Assembly: GCA_951406725.2 (NCBI GenBank)
Contig: OX597819.1
Location: 36,642,001 to 36,706,000, forward strand
Reading direction: 5' to 3'
Source of the DNA: Octopus vulgaris
Taxonomy: Eukaryota
Length of the DNA: 64,000 nucleotides
Position numbers and translations under genes: made by a program. Below are positions 27,580 to 40,560 of this stretch, piece by piece. Each line of letters starts with the position of its first letter. The stretch's first letter is position 1. Under the pieces are notes generated by a model. It was not told where the DNA came from. It saw only the letters and a list, made by a program, of their open reading frames with translations, and searched no databases.

Positions 27580-27819
27580 ATAGGAATGTATATACAAGTA
27601 TACATAGTTCTAAAGCCGTTATAAAGTTCAACAATGCAGGTCAATGTTTGTACATTTACCTGATATTTCAATATTTCCGGCTTAGCCCCCCCCCTTCCCC
27701 TGTTCAGGTCATCTTCGGAGAAATGATTGGATTCTTAAACCTGAAATATTGAAGCACCAGCTAAAATTATAAAACATCGACTAGTATTATTCATTTTTAT
27801 AACCTGTACAGTTAATAAT

Positions 27820-27888
<69 letters not shown>

Positions 27889-27896
<8 letters not shown>

Positions 27897-28338
27897 GTTG
27901 TATACTGTCAATCTAACACGAACGTGACAGTAGTGGGGTACACCACCGCTGTATAGCCCTAGGAAGCATCGAACGCCTTCTGATGGCTTTGACACATTTT
28001 CCCCTGTGTCCTTATATACATTTACGAAGAGGAGACAAACACCCCCGGCCGCCGAAGCTGCATCTAGGGACACGTGTTTCAGAATCATTAAGGACAATGA
28101 TCCTGAAACACGTGTCCCTAGATGCAGCTTCGGCGGCCGGGGGTGTTTGTCTCCCCTTCGTAAATGTATATAAGGACACAGGGAAAAATGTGTCAAAGCC
28201 ATCAGGAGGCGTTCGATGCTTCCTAGGGCTATACAGTGGTGGTGTACCCCCTACTGTCACGTTCGTGTTAGATTGACAGTATACAACCATTCTATCGCCC
28301 CACCACCGTACACGTCTCTACGAGAGATTTAGAAATTC

Positions 28339-28340
<2 letters not shown>
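27889..28340 (+). mobile_element. Palindromic retrozyme/pLTR-like insert in (TA)n
   Basis: ~200-bp near-perfect arms around a 6-nt loop (28090-28095); homologous to 48406-48773; 3' half-hammerhead GAAA-CACGTG-TC. Confidence 0.85.
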
Positions 28341-28369
<29 letters not shown>

Positions 28370-28380
28370 TTTGTATTTCT

Positions 28381-28406
<26 letters not shown>

Positions 28407-28411
<5 letters not shown>

Positions 28412-28635
28412 TATCGCCAAGTTAACATGGCAGTCCAGAAAAATAGGACGAATACTGCCGTTGATTAGCTCCAAGAGGCCATCACCTCTAGCTAGCTATG
28501 TGACACACACAACTGTGGGGGAGCTAATCAACGGCAGCATTCGTCCTATTTTTCTGAACTGCCATGATAGCTTGGCGATAACTATTAATATCAAGTACCG
28601 CTACCGTAGTCTCCTTTAGAGAGAATTAGAAATAA
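28407..28635. mobile_element. Small fold-back of a related family
   Basis: Arms 28407-28472 / 28520-28585; 3' end ACCGTAGTCTCCTTTAGAGAGAATTAGAAAT resembles 28305-28337. Confidence 0.7.
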
Positions 28636-28789
28636 TGATATTTCTATACATATATATATATATATAAGTATATTCAACTTAACATGGATGTCTTCTTAGA
28701 ACACCGATCGTTGTGGAATCTCCAGATGAAATGGGACAGCGACGTAATGTTTTCCCCCTATCCTGCAGAAGTGCATATGATGTGCACTC

Positions 28790-29340
28790 CTTCTCTTGAC
28801 ATTATTGATGTCAGCATGCTCCTAGCTATGTCGGCTGAAACTAGGTTGCATGGGGGATTGAACCAGATTATCTTTCTCTTTCTGACACACTTTGTATTTT
28901 TGGGTGGAAATGGGAGCGTCCTCCATATATATTATCTTATCAGTGTGTCTACTCTTCGCAACTCCTTCGTTATAGCGAGTGCAGTCCTGCTGAAGACCTT
29001 TCTATCCGCTGATAGTTTACAGATTCTTCTACTAATTACTACCTGCGACGGGGTTCTAATTACACCTAGGAATTGGGATGCTGGGGTTTCTGTGGATATA
29101 AACAGCTTCCCCGTTGGGGTTCCTATATGAGCACTTGACCGTCTTCAAATCTAAGGTAACCCCAAGGAAGTCGACCTATGTGAAATTGGTGGCAACACTT
29201 AAAGGTAGGTCGAGTTCTTTGAAGATCTTTATCAGATTCTTTTTCGACTTGACCATGGCGTGGCCGATGATATTGTTGAAATTGTCGGACAGTTACCCCT
29301 ATACAGCGCCGAGTATCAAAAATAGCATGTTGATGTTCAA
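28790..29340 (-). pseudogene. Penelope-like reverse transcriptase (RT C-terminal part, thumb, linker)
   Basis: ALYRGNC (decayed YRDD), KKNLIKIFKELDL, VDFLGVTLDL, YRNPNGEAVYIH, ISRRICKLS, RKRKIIWFNPP; several frameshifts and stops. Confidence 0.85.
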
Positions 29341-29900
29341 GAGGAACATCTCTTGAGGGATTCCCTCTTGAACTTCGCCCACGGAATTATATTTGTTCCA
29401 GTCTTTTCAGAGCAACTAGAAACCGGGTAAGACATTTGCTAACCTACTAGACGACTGTCATCATGGTTTATTTTATTTCATTTCTTTTCATGTGCCAAAC
29501 TGAACGGGCAAACCGGCTGAAATTGATATTTAATATTGCATCGTATAATACATTGTATAAGTATTAATATATCAACTCTATAGACAAGTTTTTCTTCACT
29601 AATGGATTCAAAGGTGACTACACTCACACATACATACACACACACACACTTACATACATGCACAAATACATACATACATGCATGCATACATACATACATA
29701 CATACATACATACATACATACATACATACATACATACATACATACATACATGTGAGTGTGTATGGCCTACCATTTTCAATTCCAGAACCGAGTGGTACGT
29801 TGCGTTTCTGAGCAAAACTCATCATCTCACGTCGCTTTTCCATCGTTTTGACAACTGACGTGTGGTACACCGTGTCACTAATCAGACAACATCGATTTAA

Positions 29901-30773
29901 CCCCTTAATGGATCAATTATTTTGACATGGCCTTTCAATTAAAAGCATGCTTTTTATTTCCTTTTTTTAATTATATACACTGTGTTAATTACAAAACAAG
30001 TTTTTTTTATCTTGTTTCCTTTATTTTTTATTATAGAAATTAAAATGTACTTTTACTCATTTAGATTTTAACGAGTTAACTCGGACATTGAAAAAAAAAA
30101 TATCTATCTTCGATTTTTTATAACATGTATTGCTTTTAAATCAAAGGAATTTTTTTTTTAAATGAGATAAATTATTTAGAATGATAATTTTTAAAACAAC
30201 GAGTTACACAGAAAGTTATCTTGCAGACATCACACATGTATCTGCTTTCTCTTCGAATCGGACAAGTAATTGATTTCGTGCCATGCTTGTGCATCTATCT
30301 GGTTATCTTCTTTGTCATCTGAAAAATTGTCAGAGTCTGAATTACACGTGTCTAATTCACCCCAGAGCTTTCCAGATCGTGAAATGAAAAATCGCTTTCG
30401 TGATCGCTGAATATATCTACATCTTCATCCATTTTGAGAAAAAAAAATGCGTAAATAATTCTCATATTTGTATAAATAATAGAGAATCAAAACGAGACGG
30501 TTGTAAAATGTCATCAACCTCCTCCTGAATCTGAGTATGCACTGAAGTAAAAGTTCAAAACTCAGAAGCATAAATTCCTTGAAATGGCGCCAGAATATGT
30601 GCTGCCAGGCGTACGACAACGGGAGTAAATTCGTGATTGCTCAAAAATGAAACGACACAAAACAAATAAACTCGTCTGAGTGCTAAAAGTTAATTTTGAC
30701 CGAGTATACTCGTCTGGTTCTAAAAAGATACATTTGCGATGCACGAATAAACTCGGGATAATCCGTTAGGGGG
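29901..30773 (-). mobile_element. Internally deleted piggyBac transposon
   Basis: TTAA|CCCCTTAATGGAT..ATCCGTTAGGGGG|TTAG; acidic N-terminus MDEDVDIFSDHESDF (from 30432) close to the Cys-rich C-terminus RRESRYMCDVCKITFCVTRCFKNYHSK* (ends 30172). Confidence 0.85.
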
Positions 30774-31772
30774 TTAGTGGAGAGGGTGAGCTAATGTGCA
30801 GTACATACATTTAATCACTATAAACAAATCATTTGTGCATGTCATTCAGCAAAACTCTGAAAACTCTTTCGTCGTCTTCGGCGGGAGATTCCATTGCATC
30901 ATGTCACTTTCTCACTCACATGTATGTATGTATGTATGTATGTATGTATGTATGTATGTATGTATGTATGTATGTATGTATGTATGTATGTATGTATTTA
31001 TCTATCTATTTGTCAGTCTGTCTTCCTATCATGTTAATACATAATTAAAGGAACGACTTGCATCGAAAGATACGCAGTAAGCAGGAACCAGTCATTTGGG
31101 TACATGTATAAATACTGAAAAAATGTAAAGCACTTCCAATTTCTTGATAGTCAGCAACACACACAGAAAAACAGCTATTGACGAGCAAATGAAACACTGA
31201 TGATAATAAAAAAAATATTGTTAAAAATGAGTAAGAAAAATACATTGGTGTTGATGGATGATTGCACAGCAAAGGCGTGTTGACTGCTGGAGAGCTCGTA
31301 TGAAAATGGACATAATAAAGACAAGCTAATTGTATAGAAGATATGAGAAATATGCATAAGGGAAATAAGAAGAATAATTGATAAGAAACGAAATATGCAC
31401 GGTTGTAAATTCATACTTGTAAAAAGCAAAAACCTGCACGAATCTAGAAAAGGTTCATTTAAGTGCAAGTGTGTTTAGATAAGACAATATGCATCGCTAT
31501 GAAGAAAAATAATTAAAACTGCGAAACAAATAATGATTAGGAATCCTTACGAATACACCAATGCAACATTTCTAAAGAAGCATAACTGAAGATGAGAGGG
31601 ATTTGTTTGAGTATCACACAAAAGGCGTAGAAATGCAAAGATGGAAATGATAAAACAACACGCATAACAGACCACATAACAGCCATGTACACGCGCGCGC
31701 GCATACACGTGCACGCATATACATGTATGTTGTATGTATGTATGTATGTATGTATGTATGTATGTATGTATG

Positions 31773-31809
<37 letters not shown>

Positions 31810-31824
31810 CTATCTATCTATCTA

Positions 31825-31875
<51 letters not shown>

Positions 31876-32694
31876 TGAGGCACACACTCTCTCTGTCACA
31901 CACACACAATATATATATGTATGTATGTTTGTATGTATGTGTTTATATGTACATATATACATGTGTGTGTCTGTGTGTACATATATATATATATATGTGT
32001 GTGTCTGTGTGTATACATATGTGTATGTATACATATGTATGTGTCTGTGTGTATGTGTATTATGTAGATCATACATAGAAAAAGAGCACTCATACATTTA
32101 TCTAGATGATTAAATACATTTTTACAAGTAAATCCTTGATTGTAACTTCGAAGTTTCCCCGGCACTGGTTCAGTTTACAGCCAAAAGAAGCCAATCACAA
32201 GCAAAACGTCGAAGCCGTTTTAGCTTTTGCTGAGAAAAAAAAAGTTTACATGCATATATATAATGCACATAAAGGCATACACTTACACACATACGTACAA
32301 GCGCACGAACACATCATACAAGCACATTTGGTTTGAGTGACGCGTAGTGTCATTGAGCACAGTACTTCATTGCGCGTTATTTTAGTTCACTCAGTTGAAA
32401 GAAATGATAGTCGAGTGCTTGTAGTTTTACTGCCTTCTCCCCCTCTACCCTTCAATAATAGCAATCTAATATTATTTCAAATTTTGACACAAGGTCAGCA
32501 ATTTTATGAGATACATTGATCCCTAATACTACATTGGTAAACTATATTGTTGATCCCGATAGGTGAGAGGCAATGTTGTCCTGAGAGGAATTTGCACTCA
32601 AAACATGAATAGCCACTGCTAAGTCTTTTGTCCGACGCGTTAATGATGCTGCTAGCACAGGCCGGCAATTCCGAGTGAGAGAGTAAGTCAATTA

Positions 32695-33948
32695 TCAGGT
32701 CGTCCCATAAGTTCTGTCCGATTTTAACTTTTTTGAATGAAATTTAATAGTATTTTAGAATGTCTAATGGAATTAAATATTATTTTTATGCATTTATGCA
32801 TACATTTAAATTAATTAAGCATTATTTTACAGAATAATAGAATTAAAATTTCTTTGATTAAAGCCCTTTCTAACATCGAAGTATCCAAAGAGCATTTGAG
32901 ACACATAATGCTTTGAGTACAAAAAAGGAAACTCTGCAGCCGAAGCGACTCGAAACATACACTCAGTTTATGGGAAATAATGCCTGAATGAATGAACTTG
33001 TAGAAGATGGTTTGCAAAATTCAGAAGTGGAAATTTCGAACAGGACGTCCAGTTGAGTTTGATGATAAGCTCCTTGAAGCATTATTTGAAGAAAATCCTG
33101 CATTACGAGTTGAAGTATTGGCAATAAAGCTTAGTTGAAACCATAAAACTGTTCATCGTCATCTTCAACAACTTGGAAATGTTCCTAAACTTAGAAAATG
33201 AGTGCCTCATGAATTGTCCGAAAGCAAACGCAAATCCCGTGTTGACATCTGCTCTTCTCTCCATTCTCGCGAACTCATTTCACCATTTCTGGATAGGTTT
33301 GTGACTAGTGACGGAAAATGGATCTTCTATCGAAATGTTAAACGTCGTAAACAGTGGCTTGGTAAAAGGGAAAAAGCTCAACCACAACTGAGAAGAGACC
33401 TTCATAGGAAAAAGGTTCTTCTCTCTATCTGGTGGGATTGCAAATGAGTAATTCACTTTGAATTGCTACCATCTAATACAACAATCAATGCTCAAGTCTA
33501 CTGTCAGCAATTAGAGCGTTTGAACCAAACTTTGAAGAAAAAAAGACCCGCTTTAGTGAATCGAAAATGAATTATGTTTCATCAGGACAATGCGTGACCC
33601 CACACTGCAAAGATCACATCACAGAAGATCGAAGAGCTTCGTTGGGAAAAATTCTTCATCCATCTTATTCTCCCGACCTTGCTCCTTCAGACTACCATTT
33701 GTTTCGTAGTTTACAGAATCATTTGGGGGACATAATTTTCGCAAGCCAGGAGGAGGTCGAAACGGATATTTCAGAGTTCTTCGCTTTGAAACCAAAAGAG
33801 TTTACATTGATGGAATTAAAAAGCTTGTAAATAGATGGAAGAAAGTCATAGATAATCAGGGAAAGTACATTGATGATTAAATTTCAGTAAGATATAACAT
33901 TTGAGTACTTGTTTTCAAAATTCGGACAGAACTTATGGGATGACCAGA
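32695..33948 (+). mobile_element. Near full-length mariner (DD34D), pseudogenised transposase
   Basis: TIRs TCAGGTCGTCCCATAAGTTCTGTCCGA / TCGGACAGAACTTATGGGATGACCAGA, TA TSD; motifs *VPHEL, VTSDGKW, HQDNA*PH, YSPDLAPSDYHLF. Confidence 0.95.
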
Positions 33949-33950
33949 TA

Positions 33951-34315
33951 CATCAATCCTAGTACTCAGCTAAAACTTATTTTATCGGCCCTGAGAATAT
34001 GAAAGGCAAAGTCGATCTCAGTTGAATTTGAACTCAGAACATAAAGACGGATGAAATGCCGTTAAGTACTTTGCCCAGCACTTTGCTAATGATTCTGCCA
34101 GATCGCCGCCTTGCCCTCACTGGAATATTGATTTCAAATTTTGGCACTAGGCCAGCATTTTCGAGAGGATGAGTAAGTTGACTACATCGACCCCCAGGGG
34201 TCAAATGCACTTGTTTTATCGACCCCGAAAGGATGAAAGGCAACGTGAACCTCGGCGGAATTTGAACTCAGAGCGTGAGACGGACGGAATGCCACAAAGC
34301 ATTTCGCCGACCCTA
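33951..34315 (-). mobile_element. Two Nin-domain SINEs; the first is interrupted by the mariner
   Basis: GAAAGGCAAAGTCGATCTC.. on +; sequence continues at ~32665-32692. Confidence 0.8.
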
Positions 34316-34351
34316 ATGTCTGTTGAGTGTCTCCCCACACACACACACTCA

Positions 34352-34382
<31 letters not shown>

Positions 34383-35123
34383 TTTATATATATATATATA
34401 TATGCATATCTCTTTCATGTTATCTCTAGAATGGTTTGAACTATCTTAAATTCTGTAATATTATGTTAGTAGATTTATATTGTGAGTTTTCTTTATGATG
34501 GGAAATTTGTCTGAAAAAGGCTTAGAAGTAATGCAACGGTTTCAAGTTCTTTTGCTTCAGAGTATAACTATGTGTTAAATATAATATTCTGTTTATGTTA
34601 TTCTTAGTTTCCAAATCGTTGATATAGTTAGAAAGCGTTTCTTTTTTCAGAATGGGTTGTGGAATGTATTTGTATGCTTATAGAATCGATGTTTAAATGT
34701 ACCAGCAGGAAGTTATTCGTTTGTACAGTGCATTGAATGTACTATATACTAAGCAAGGCAATGGAATCCAAGAGGCAAGTATTTGAGTAAATGAAGTTGC
34801 TAATAGCTTTGCTGTTGTTGGGTTGATTCGGTTTAGGCATGTTAGACGAGACACGTATTTGTGCAAAATTATTTCTGTAGAATAAAATATCTTAATGATG
34901 TCTTTTATTGTAGATTCTATAGTACTTATGCGGTGTCCGTAAGTATTTTAAAAATAATTTGAAAACAATGTTAGTTACAGGTGTAGCAAATGCTATAATA
35001 ACAAACTGGTAATTGTTTTCCTATTTCTATGGTTTAAAGTTCGCACGGACTTTCAATATATTAAATTTTCTTATTGCAATTATTTCTAGAGTGTATTTCA
35101 TTATCTTATGCGTAGACGAATTA

Positions 35124-35310
35124 AGGTGGCTAGCTGACAGAATCGTTAGCGCACCGCGAAATGTGCTTAGCAGCATTTTGTCCGTCTTTTCGTTCTATGC
35201 TCAAATTCCACGTGGGTCGACAATATAGGTACCAGTTGAGCAATAGGATCGATGTATTGGACAGCCTCTCCCCCCCTAAATTGGTGGACTTGTGCTAAAG
35301 TTAGAAACGA
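35124..35310 (+). mobile_element. Nin-domain SINE with internal deletion
   Basis: Imperfect 16-bp TSD ATGCGTRGAYGAATTA. Confidence 0.75.
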
Positions 35311-36663
35311 ATGCGTGGATGAATTATTGAAAATTTTTTGTTAGCTGAATAATCTTTAACCTAATCAATCAAAAAATTCTTACACTAACCAGCATCCAAG
35401 ACAGACCAATTCTTCACCTAACACTGTTGAAGGAACAAACTACTGAGGATATCCCCAACATATTATAACGGGCTGTACCATTTTATTGAAACCATAATCG
35501 GTATTTATGGCATCAAATCAAAGCTAAACGCATATAGATATAAACATTAAAAAGAAAATGGTGAGATTAACTTATTTCAATAGAGGGTTTTCTATTTATT
35601 TATGCACAACGAAGGAATACAAAAAACCCTTGGTTGAAGCTACAAGGAATTGAAGGTACAATGAATTGTAGCCCCATACCTGAAGGCTCACAGTTGGTGT
35701 TGGGGAATAAATATTTTTACCGTATAATTGTAAAGGACGGCCTCAGTGTGCTTATAGTTAACTAGTTACACGATTACTTCTGAAGGATTGTTTTACACGC
35801 TGAATCTTGACAAAGGAGTAGTACCAATGGTCTTTGCACACCAATAAGATTGTTCGCTTTGAACTGTTCCAAGTTGCAGAAAATACATGAGAAGGAAGGA
35901 ATGTGAATACAATGTATTTGGATATCTAATGGTTTCAAATATCTCGAATTCTGAAATATTTTTTATTGAGAAGAGGAAATTCACTGTGCTTGTTTGTTAC
36001 GGCTGGGAGTTTCGGTAAAAATAATCCGGTCTATTGCAATGATTGCAAAATCTTTCGTATCGAAGTATGATCTTGTTTTAGATAAAAAAAAAAAAGACGT
36101 TTCATTTTAAGTTATTTTGTCATACTCAAAAACATGTTTCTAATGTATATTTATGCAACTTTGCATATTTTGAGGAATATGTTCTTAAACTCTCCTCATA
36201 TACAGTACATTTTGTTCTACTGTTACAATTATATTTCTGTATATACTTGCATGTTGTAATTTCTAGATACACCTGCACTTAAACACATCTGCTTTTGCAT
36301 GCATTTATAATTGAGCACATTTCGCTTTATTACTCTTTTTCTTACTTTTTTTGTCCGTTTTCATAATTTGTCTTCATCTCTATACAATTAGCTTACCTTG
36401 ATTACACCTATTGTACTCCTTCTCTAATATAGCAACCTTCATTTTCTAATTATCCACAAAATATAGGTATTTGACACTAATTTACTGTTTTATATATTCT
36501 TTAATATTCCTCAATTTGATTAACATATTTAGGCTATAAATTTAGAATATATTCTAATACTTCCAATTTAACAAACAGTAATGCACAATGATTTAACCTA
36601 ATTTTACCTCTACATTACTCATATGCAGAGGTATACTAAGTTAATGATATCTGTATTTAGATA

Positions 36664-37221
36664 TGTTTCTTTATTAGCCACACAGGGCTGCACACAGAGG
36701 GGACAGATTACAAAGTAGAGCTTTTCTTTTTGGGGGAGAGAAAAGAAAAAAAGCAGGTGGGTTAGGTTTTCGATCAAAAGGGATCGTAAAAGGGAAGGAA
36801 AGAAAAAATGGGTTGAGAAAATGATCAATAGGGATCATGTATCACAGTGTCATAGTGTAAAGTGTGAAGGGGACGCAGATAAGGTTTATCATTGGGAAGA
36901 AAAGCCTACGGAAAAGACCACGGTAACCTCGGTCAATATTGTTACATGTTACCACATTTGTTTGCGAGTAGGTAACCCTCTGTTTTAAATTTTCCGGGTT
37001 CATAGGATTATGCTCAAGGTGGCTTCGTCATTCATACGTGCCATCCTTGCTACATTCACCCATCTTTCTTGAAACATTCGCTAGACAAAACTTGCCTCTG
37101 TACTCTCACTTTCCTTTTCTAGTGATACTTGAAAAAGTTGATGAGAGATTGACCAGAGAGGAAAGTGTTTGTCTCCAATCCTTTCAGACGCGTCCACCAG
37201 ATACATTCTTTCGCCATAGCC
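36664..37221 (-). mobile_element. 5'-truncated Tx1/L1-clade LINE (ORF2 C-terminus plus 3'UTR)
   Basis: AMAKECIWWTRLKGLETNTFLSGQSLINFFKYH*KRKVRV..RWVNVARMA; ends AATAAAGAAACA; 15-bp TSD ATCTGTATTTAGATA (36649-36663 / 37222-37236). Confidence 0.75.
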
Positions 37222-37230
37222 ATCTGTATT

Positions 37231-37425
<195 letters not shown>

Positions 37426-37918
37426 GACAGAGACGGCAGGCTAGGAAATGTGTTGATTTTTGGGTACATGAAGGAATTTGTGGAAAATTACCATTGTCAA
37501 CTAATTGTTGTTTACTGTTATATATCTCGTCTGACAACAATGAAGAAAAATCTTATCTTCAACATTAATGCGTTTATGTTGAAATTTTGCATGGCCGCTA
37601 CCTTTATTCCGACATCTTCCTTTTATTCATAAGCACTCCTCCCACCAGCATAGGTACTATAAAATATTCACTAGAAGTATAATTAAATATTTCGTTCCAC
37701 AAACCTTTATCTGAAACAGTTTGTTGTCTCATATAACCATACGAAGCACAACAAAACTAGCCAGTATCCAAACCTTCATATTAATTGCGTATTCTTTCTT
37801 TGCTTTTTTTTTTATTCTCTCCAAAGTAGTCTACCTAGGTAAAATGACAAGTGACAATTCCAAACTACTTCAGTCGGTCAAACAGGTGACATTGTGAAAG
37901 GGCAGTATAACACCCACG

Positions 37919-38222
37919 TTCTTCTTCTTCTTCTTCTTCTTCTTCTTCTTCTTCTTCTTCTTCTTCTTCTTCTTCTTCTTCTTCTTCTTCTTCTTCGTCG
38001 TCGTCTTCTTCTTCTTCTTCTTCTTCTTCTTCTTCTTCTTCTTCTTTTCTTCTTCTTCTTCTTCTTCTTCTTCTTCTTCTTCTTCTTCTTCTTCTTCTTC
38101 TTCTTCTTCTTCTTCTTCTTCTTCTTCTTCTTCTTCTTCTTCTTCTTCTTCTTCTTCTTCGTCGTCTTCTTCTTCTTTTTCTTCTTCTTCTTCTTCTTCT
38201 TCTTCTTCTTCTTCTTCTTCTT

Positions 38223-38252
<30 letters not shown>
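37919..38252. repeat. ~330-bp (CTT)n/(GAA)n tract
   Basis: Direct reading; few CGT interruptions. Confidence 0.95.
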
Positions 38253-38255
<3 letters not shown>

Positions 38256-38585
38256 ATTGTGAGACAGGAAGCTGGCACGATCGTAAACACGCCGGGGAAA
38301 ATGCTTCCCAGTATTTTGACCGTCCTTACAATCAGAGTCCAAATTTCACCGAGGTCGACTTTGCCTTTCATCCTTTCGGGTTGATGAAATAAGTACCAGT
38401 TACGCACTAGGGTAGATCTAATCGACTAGCCACTTCACCCAAAATTTCAGACCTTGTGCCTATAGTAGAAAGCATTACTATCATTATTATGTATGTGTGT
38501 GTGTGTGCGTGCGTGTGTGTGTGTATGTGCGTGTATGTGTGTCCGTTTGTGTGTGTGCGAATGCATACCTCTTTCTTTAAATATT
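38251..38585 (+). repeat. Nin SINE + (TG)n + unique tail; duplicated at 59898-60264
   Basis: Shared private variants and shared non-SINE flank GCGAATGCATAMCTCTTTCTTTAAATATT. Confidence 0.85.
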
Positions 38586-38626
38586 TTTCATAGTTACGAA
38601 GTAGGAGCATTAATCAGTGACATGTT

Positions 38627-39474
38627 CAGGGTACGGTGAATATATCGTTGTCTAAATTACGCAAAAACGAAAATAACACTGGCATCTTATTTTAACAGAT
38701 ATATTTACCAAAATTACATTAAAATATCTTGAAATACTAAAGAGTAAATTTATTCAATAAAATCATCATTGTCTTCAAGCACAGCCTCCAGGCGACTTCA
38801 GAATCTCCTGCACCTCTTCTGAGTAGTCTCCTTTTTAAATTGGTGAATGATGCCATAATCCTTGCCTTCAGTTCATCTTTGGTGTTACAAGGAGTTTTGT
38901 TGGTCTCTCGCATAACAATTAAGAGGGTTGCAGTCTGGAGAGTTAGGTGGCCTGTTGTTAGGGGTGATGTAGTCGAAGAAATTGTCTGACAGCCATGACT
39001 GGATTCTCCTGCTTGTGTAACATGGTACAGAGTCCTGTTGCTAGACATGGTGTCTTCTAGCAGCCACCCTCTTGACCCAGGGCAGCACCACCTCCAGGCA
39101 CTTGATGCAGGCCTCCATGTTGGTTCTGAGGCCGTGTGGGAAGATGAACAGAAGCATAATATTGCCATCACTAGTGATCACTCCAAACGCCATGATGTTG
39201 ACTGGATGTTGGATTTTTATCACCCTCAGTACATGTCCTTATATTGACACCCAAACACTCTGAAATGTTCGTAATGGAGCTTCCGGTGCGAATGCCAAGC
39301 AGAACAGCATATCGTTTCCAAATTTCTGGCAGAGTGAATTGCGTCATGGTGATGTTCTTCTCATAGACAGTACCCAGCTGACCCTACTATACTGTATAGT
39401 TGACAAAATCAAAAACAATGTGGACGAGGGAAACTAAAAGTATAAAATGGCGACAATTTACCCATCGCACTCTG
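38627..39474 (-). mobile_element. Internally deleted maT (DD37D) Tc1/mariner element
   Basis: Degenerate TIRs CAGRGTRCG..; HPVNIMAFGVITSDG, QQDS + 37 aa + PPNSPDCNPL(N; D mutated). Confidence 0.8.
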
Positions 39475-39594
39475 TATAAATGCTAATAACATAGCATTTA
39501 TAGATATCACTGCTTAACGCTCTTACTTCGTAATTTACTGCCACATAGCGTTACCAGTCATCGTACGATGACTGAAATAGTATAAGAGAATTAC

Positions 39595-40390
39595 TCTCTT
39601 TCATCAGTTCGTAGCGCCCTCGACCCAGTGTATGTTACTGATGAGGAGATAACTACTCCGCAGTGTGACATCTCACAGCTTAGAAAGAGGCCGCTGCGAA
39701 CTGATCTAGATATAATTACACCGTGGTCAGTAGCGAGAAATTTTCTCCATGCCAAAACACAGTGAATGGTTTGTTTATTAGACCAAACGTACCACAAGGA
39801 TATTTGAACTGGTAGTAACGTAGCATATTTCCTAGTGTCCTTTCTTATAAAGTTCCAACAGAACAACCATCTCTGTTTCATTTGCATTCCTGAATATAAG
39901 GTTTTGTGAACATGACCAACTTTCTATGGCTTCTAAATTCCAAACGAATATCCAAAGAAGACGTCTGTCACGAAGCGCATCGTGTCTCTCGTCACAGTCT
40001 ACTCCATATTCTGACTTCATATAAAACAGAACCAACAGGCAGGTGCAGACACAATACTATCTCATTTTAACAATGTCTTTCATACTACGGTGGTATCATT
40101 GCTCAGTTTTGAAGGGCTGTAGCATTTGTGAATTTTCGTAGAACTTTCTTGTCCGAGAGATCTATTTCATGTGTTGTAAGATGTTGACACTGGACCTAGG
40201 GTTAGATGTATCAGCTGTAATGATCCTAAGAATTATGTGAGGCATTCATTTAGTAAAAAACAAAAATAGTCTTTAATGATTCGGATTTATTCTTTATAAT
40301 CTGCAGCTCTCTATTTCCTGCGATTTTGCTTAGTGCTCCTGAGTATATTCCGTTTACACCAACATGTTCTTTATGAGTACTGCCAGATTC
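39595..40390 (-). mobile_element. Heavily decayed RTE-like LINE 3' part
   Basis: Weak resemblance to YLGS, LYGSETW and FERKILR regions (VLFYMKSEYG..DRRLLWIF). Confidence 0.35.
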
Positions 40391-40560
40391 TCAAGCCAGC
40401 AGTTTTCAAAGTACAATGAAAAGCTTACATAGATAAAACTATTATTTTATAGTTCGATCGCTCTGATATTATAAGTTTTACATCCTTAAATCCTTAAAAA
40501 ATTTTCAGCCCGAAGGCTGCGGCCATGCTGGGGCACTGCCGTTAGACATAATGAAATAAT

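Noticed and set aside
27819-28290. Near-identical ORFs on both strands
   Set aside because: Consequence of the palindrome; no protein motif.
37865-38407. Poly-R/K/E/F ORFs (also 59633-59989)
   Set aside because: Read-through of (CTT)n tracts.
39632-39671. ATGTTA-CTGATGA-GGAG-ATAACTA-CTCC-GCAGTG-TGACAT hammerhead-like fold on +
   Set aside because: Stems I and II fit, but GAAA, stem III and the UH site are missing, and it lies antisense within a LINE remnant; likely chance.
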